Assembly: GCA_041571435.1 (NCBI GenBank)
Contig: JBFFUI010000026.1
Span: 1 to 30,868 of the forward strand
Direction of reading: 5' to 3'
Length of the DNA: 30,868 nt
DNA from: Sulfurimonadaceae bacterium
GTDB taxonomy: Bacteria > Campylobacterota > Campylobacteria > Campylobacterales > Sulfurimonadaceae
The position numbers and the translations under genes were made by a program. Below the pieces are notes generated by a model that worked only from the letters and a program-made list of their open reading frames with translations, was not told the origin of the DNA and made no database searches. Positions 28,034 to 30,868 of the stretch are shown here, piece by piece (within the stretch, counting starts at the first letter, position 1; each line of letters starts with the position of its first letter).

Positions 28034-28900
28034 TTATAAAGACAAGCTCTCTTTAAGGAATTCGGCTATTTTTTGCGTCGATTGTTCGAGCGGGTGATAA
28101 GTGTGTGATGATACTTTATTTAATACAGCTGCCAATTCCGCCTTATTATAACCGTCCACAACAGGGATGTTCAGACTTTCAAAGAGCGGAATAAAATCGC
28201 GGACGTAATCCGGGCGCTGAATGTAAACAGGTCGGCCGCCCGAGGCCAGGTTTTCAAGGACTGCCTGCGGTGAGGAGGTGACAAAGACCTTCGAGCTTTG
28301 CAGCACCTCATCATACTCTTCGAATTCATGCTGTTTTGCAAATGCAGGGGTCAGCTTCTCCTCGTAGTTTATGAAGTAGTAGAAGCCTATGATCATCTCC
28401 ATCTCCAGCTCTTTAAACATATCCAGATTGGCTAAAAGGTCCTCTTCGTAATCATCATCGCCAAAGAAAAAACTTTTTTCTATCGTCTTTGGCATCGCTT
28501 CAAAATATTTGTCGTCAACCGCAACGCCCTTGCATATCCCCTCTCCTTCGAGATAGGGAGAGATGAGCAGTTCGCCTTCCATCTGAACGGCATCGGGATC
28601 ATCGCTAACACGGATAAAGGTCGAAAAATATTTGACCATGTCGGCATGCAGTGTCGGGTTAAGTTCGTCCGAGTCAAAGATGATCTTGTCGCCGTGATGC
28701 GCGATCTGCGGGATGTTACGGACAACGTCGATACCGACGGAGCGCTTAATCCCAAAATCCCTTGCAACCGAGGCAATGCGGTAATCCGATGTCAATAGGG
28801 TGATATCGACATCCCCCAAGGCGCGAATAACAGTCGCCGCACGGCGAAAACGGTCAAGTCCGATACGGTGGCCGGTGTGTACATAATAGAAGAGTCGCAT
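28034..28900 (-). CDS. Hypothetical protein, PseG/SpsG-like GT-B fold
   Basis: N-terminal YYVHTGHRIGLDRFRR resembles the PseG IGxGHxxR region; also IIFDS, FFFGDDD and FVTSS..VLENLASG.P. Confidence 0.6.
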   Translation of the reverse strand: MRLFYYVHTGHRIGLDRFRRAATVIRALGDVDITLLTSDYRIASVARDFGIKRSVGIDVVRNIPQIAHHGDKIIFDSDELNPTLHADMVKYFSTFIRVSDDPDAVQMEGELLISPYLEGEGICKGVAVDDKYFEAMPKTIEKSFFFGDDDYEEDLLANLDMFKELEMEMIIGFYYFINYEEKLTPAFAKQHEFEEYDEVLQSSKVFVTSSPQAVLENLASGGRPVYIQRPDYVRDFIPLFESLNIPVVDGYNKAELAAVLNKVSSHTYHPLEQSTQKIAEFLKESLSL

Positions 28901-29204
28901 AGTATAAACTTTACAGATAGATTTATTGCGAAGAATTATAAGATAAAGATACTAGAAAAGGCTGAAGACAATATGTCTGTCCTGTTTTCATAATGTAGGG
29001 ATAAGGACGATCAGACTGCTCTGATAGGTGTGCGACAACAGGCATCTATACCTGACCATACGAATGACCTTGACAGTTAGATAATCATGTTGATTCAGAT
29101 TAATATATACAAACAGATAATAATAGAATATACTTGTTTTTAAGTATTTTTGAAGAAATAAGTTATTAATATTGACATCAACTTCAGTTAAGTAAGGAAA
29201 TGGA

Positions 29205-29771
29205 ATGTCAAAAATTCTTGTATTGGTAACCCTGTTGGCCTCTAGTGTGTTCGCTTCTTCGATGAGCAGTGATTTGGACACGATAGCAAACACGCTCGGC
29301 GGCTTTTTTGCCGTCATTATGATAGCAAGCTTCATCATCCAGATCATGTATCTCTTGTCAATAGTCAAAACTATCAACGCCGTAAAAACTGAGCACTCAC
29401 GTTCATCGACTGTTTTACCGTGGTTTATTCTTGTACCGGTAATCGGTTGGATCGTTGCTTTAGTCGTGGTGACGAAATTGTCAGGTGACTTTAAACTCTA
29501 TGTACAGAAACATGGAATCAAAGAGCTTGCTCTGCACAATGGCGGACAGACAAAAGGACTTGTTACCTATATTTCATTTCTGCTCTTCTTTGTCCCTGTC
29601 CTCAACATCTTTACAAGTATTGTCGGCTTCATAGCCTGGATCATGTACTGGATAGAGCTTGGCAATATGCGTTCAGCAATCGCTATGTTTGAAGGTCAGA
29701 AAACAGAAGCTGAACCAGCTGTATCGGAAGATGTTGTCCCTCAACCGATCCCGGTCGAAGCAAGAAACTAA
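29205..29771 (+). CDS. Hypothetical membrane protein with signal-peptide-like N-terminus
   Basis: AAGGA SD; MSKILVLVTLLASSVFA; about 4 further hydrophobic segments with twin (L/F)VPV(I/L) motifs; hairpin downstream. Confidence 0.75.
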   Translation: MSKILVLVTLLASSVFASSMSSDLDTIANTLGGFFAVIMIASFIIQIMYLLSIVKTINAVKTEHSRSSTVLPWFILVPVIGWIVALVVVTKLSGDFKLYVQKHGIKELALHNGGQTKGLVTYISFLLFFVPVLNIFTSIVGFIAWIMYWIELGNMRSAIAMFEGQKTEAEPAVSEDVVPQPIPVEARN

Positions 29772-29783
29772 CACTCTGGCTTC

Positions 29784-29813
29784 GTGCTGTTCCTTCAACG
29801 CAGGGAACAGCAC
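29784..29813 (+). terminator. Hairpin terminator
   Basis: GTGCTGTTCC...GGAACAGCAC 10-bp inverted repeat, 12 nt after the stop codon. Confidence 0.7.
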
Positions 29814-29880
29814 ATTTACTACTTCCCTAAAATGCTTCGCGATCTATTGTTAGACCTTGCCATGCGACATATGGACAAAG

Positions 29881-30126
29881 TCAATTACACTCGGCAGAGG
29901 TACCCATACGCTTTATTGTAATATCTTTCCCGTTCCATGTTGTTATGAGATTGTATTTGTCTGCCAACGCTTTGATTTGGATCACTTCTAAAACACTGTC
30001 CGGCTCATTTTTTTTGGTAACAAGACCGATACACTCATCGCCAAATGAGCTTAACTCATGGTATTGAAATTCAACACTTGTAAGTTCATTATACAGATCA
30101 GACAGCACTAGACAAACCTTTTTCAT
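29881..30126 (-). CDS. Hypothetical 81-aa protein
   Basis: MKK start and globular-looking composition; no SD and no recognised motif. Confidence 0.5.
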   Translation of the reverse strand: MKKVCLVLSDLYNELTSVEFQYHELSSFGDECIGLVTKKNEPDSVLEVIQIKALADKYNLITTWNGKDITIKRMGTSAECN

Positions 30127-30229
30127 TTATTACTACAATGTTACAGTAATAAAATAGAATATGCGGTTAATGGCATAAGAAATAATAATTTAGACCGCCC
30201 TGCTGCGTAGTGGTCCAGACATAGGACCT

Positions 30230-30682
30230 CTAGCCCTGTGCCCTCTTCTGCTTTCGCTCTTTTTTATTGTCAGAGTGTTTTTCACTCTCCTGGTACTGTG
30301 GGTGCACCTTCTTTGCAGCATTCTTGTTCTTTTTCACGGTTGACTTTTGATGCTTCGCATTGCCTAGATTTTGCTTCTGCTTTCGCTCTGTTCTATTGTC
30401 AGCGTGCTTTTCACTCTTCTTGTACTGTGGGTGCACCTTCTTTGCGACACTCTTGTTCTTTTTCACCTTCGACTTTTGATGCTTCGCATAGCCGGGATTC
30501 GGATGCGTTTTATGCTGCTTTTTATGCTTCTCTTTGTATTTGTTGTTGTTTATCACATGCTCTTTTTGATAGACCGGTATCGGATAACCGTACGCCCTTA
30601 CATGTTCTATTGATCTTGGCCCCTTGTGGAAGCATCCGCTGAACAACATCAGTGTTGTCAATGCCAAAAGTACTGTTTTCAT
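30230..30682 (-). CDS. Lys/His-rich lipoprotein with an internal repeat
   Basis: AAGGAG SD; MKTVLLALTTLMLFSG-C lipobox; basic low-complexity tail. Confidence 0.8.
   Translation of the reverse strand: MKTVLLALTTLMLFSGCFHKGPRSIEHVRAYGYPIPVYQKEHVINNNKYKEKHKKQHKTHPNPGYAKHQKSKVKKNKSVAKKVHPQYKKSEKHADNRTERKQKQNLGNAKHQKSTVKKNKNAAKKVHPQYQESEKHSDNKKERKQKRAQG
30245..30489. repeat. Intragenic direct repeat: two ~116-bp copies, 129-bp period
   Basis: 30245-30360 and 30374-30489 align without gaps (43-codon period). Confidence 0.92.
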
Positions 30683-30868
30683 TTTTTCTCCTTTTATCCA
30701 CTAATCATATCGGCCGATTGTGAAATCATCGTGGCATTTATACCAGATTATAGTTAGAAGAGACTGAACATGAAAATAAGAGAGAATGTGACGGACGCGG
30801 CGTTGCACTCCGCACTTGACAGCAGATAGTGCACGATGCTTCAACATATTGAAATCGCTTGTTTCCAA

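Noticed and set aside
28988..29377. 129-aa minus-strand ORF
   Set aside because: It overlaps the better-supported + strand gene and its AT-rich promoter region, and the composition is implausible.
30707..30740. Sigma-28 promoter (GCCGATAT)
   Set aside because: The nearest TAAA is 22 nt away, not about 15.
30770..30868. Gene end or RNA at the right edge
   Set aside because: Too little sequence. Several frames are open and none is recognisable.

Overview
Mostly core chromosome of a Campylobacterota bacterium (Sulfurimonas/Sulfurovum-like, judged from protein sequences and gene order), with about 35 CDSs, nearly all on the minus strand. Left to right: partial bcp, dedA, DUF523/TudS-like, aldehyde dehydrogenase, truncated globin (+), hisIE, SPFH protein, ilvE, TIGR01212 radical SAM, purF, dapB, trxB, trxA, yraN, a stand-alone FdhF-like molybdoenzyme, hom, alaC-like aminotransferase, two envelope proteins, rlmB, rsmI, rpmE, rsmE, a membrane protein, moeA (+), queD, queE, moaA, petABC, a PseG-like protein and three accessory-looking genes. 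I saw no rRNA, tRNA, CRISPR array, transposase or phage gene, and I cannot claim a clear new multi-gene system. The best leads are: a ~100-nt strand-specific hairpin element between queE and queD, a Crp/Fnr-type box at -41.5 of a moaA promoter, a structured rpmE leader, several apparently leaderless genes, the orphan FdhF-like gene inserted between hom and yraN, and a Lys-rich lipoprotein with an internal duplication. All protein calls come from motif recognition, not database searches.
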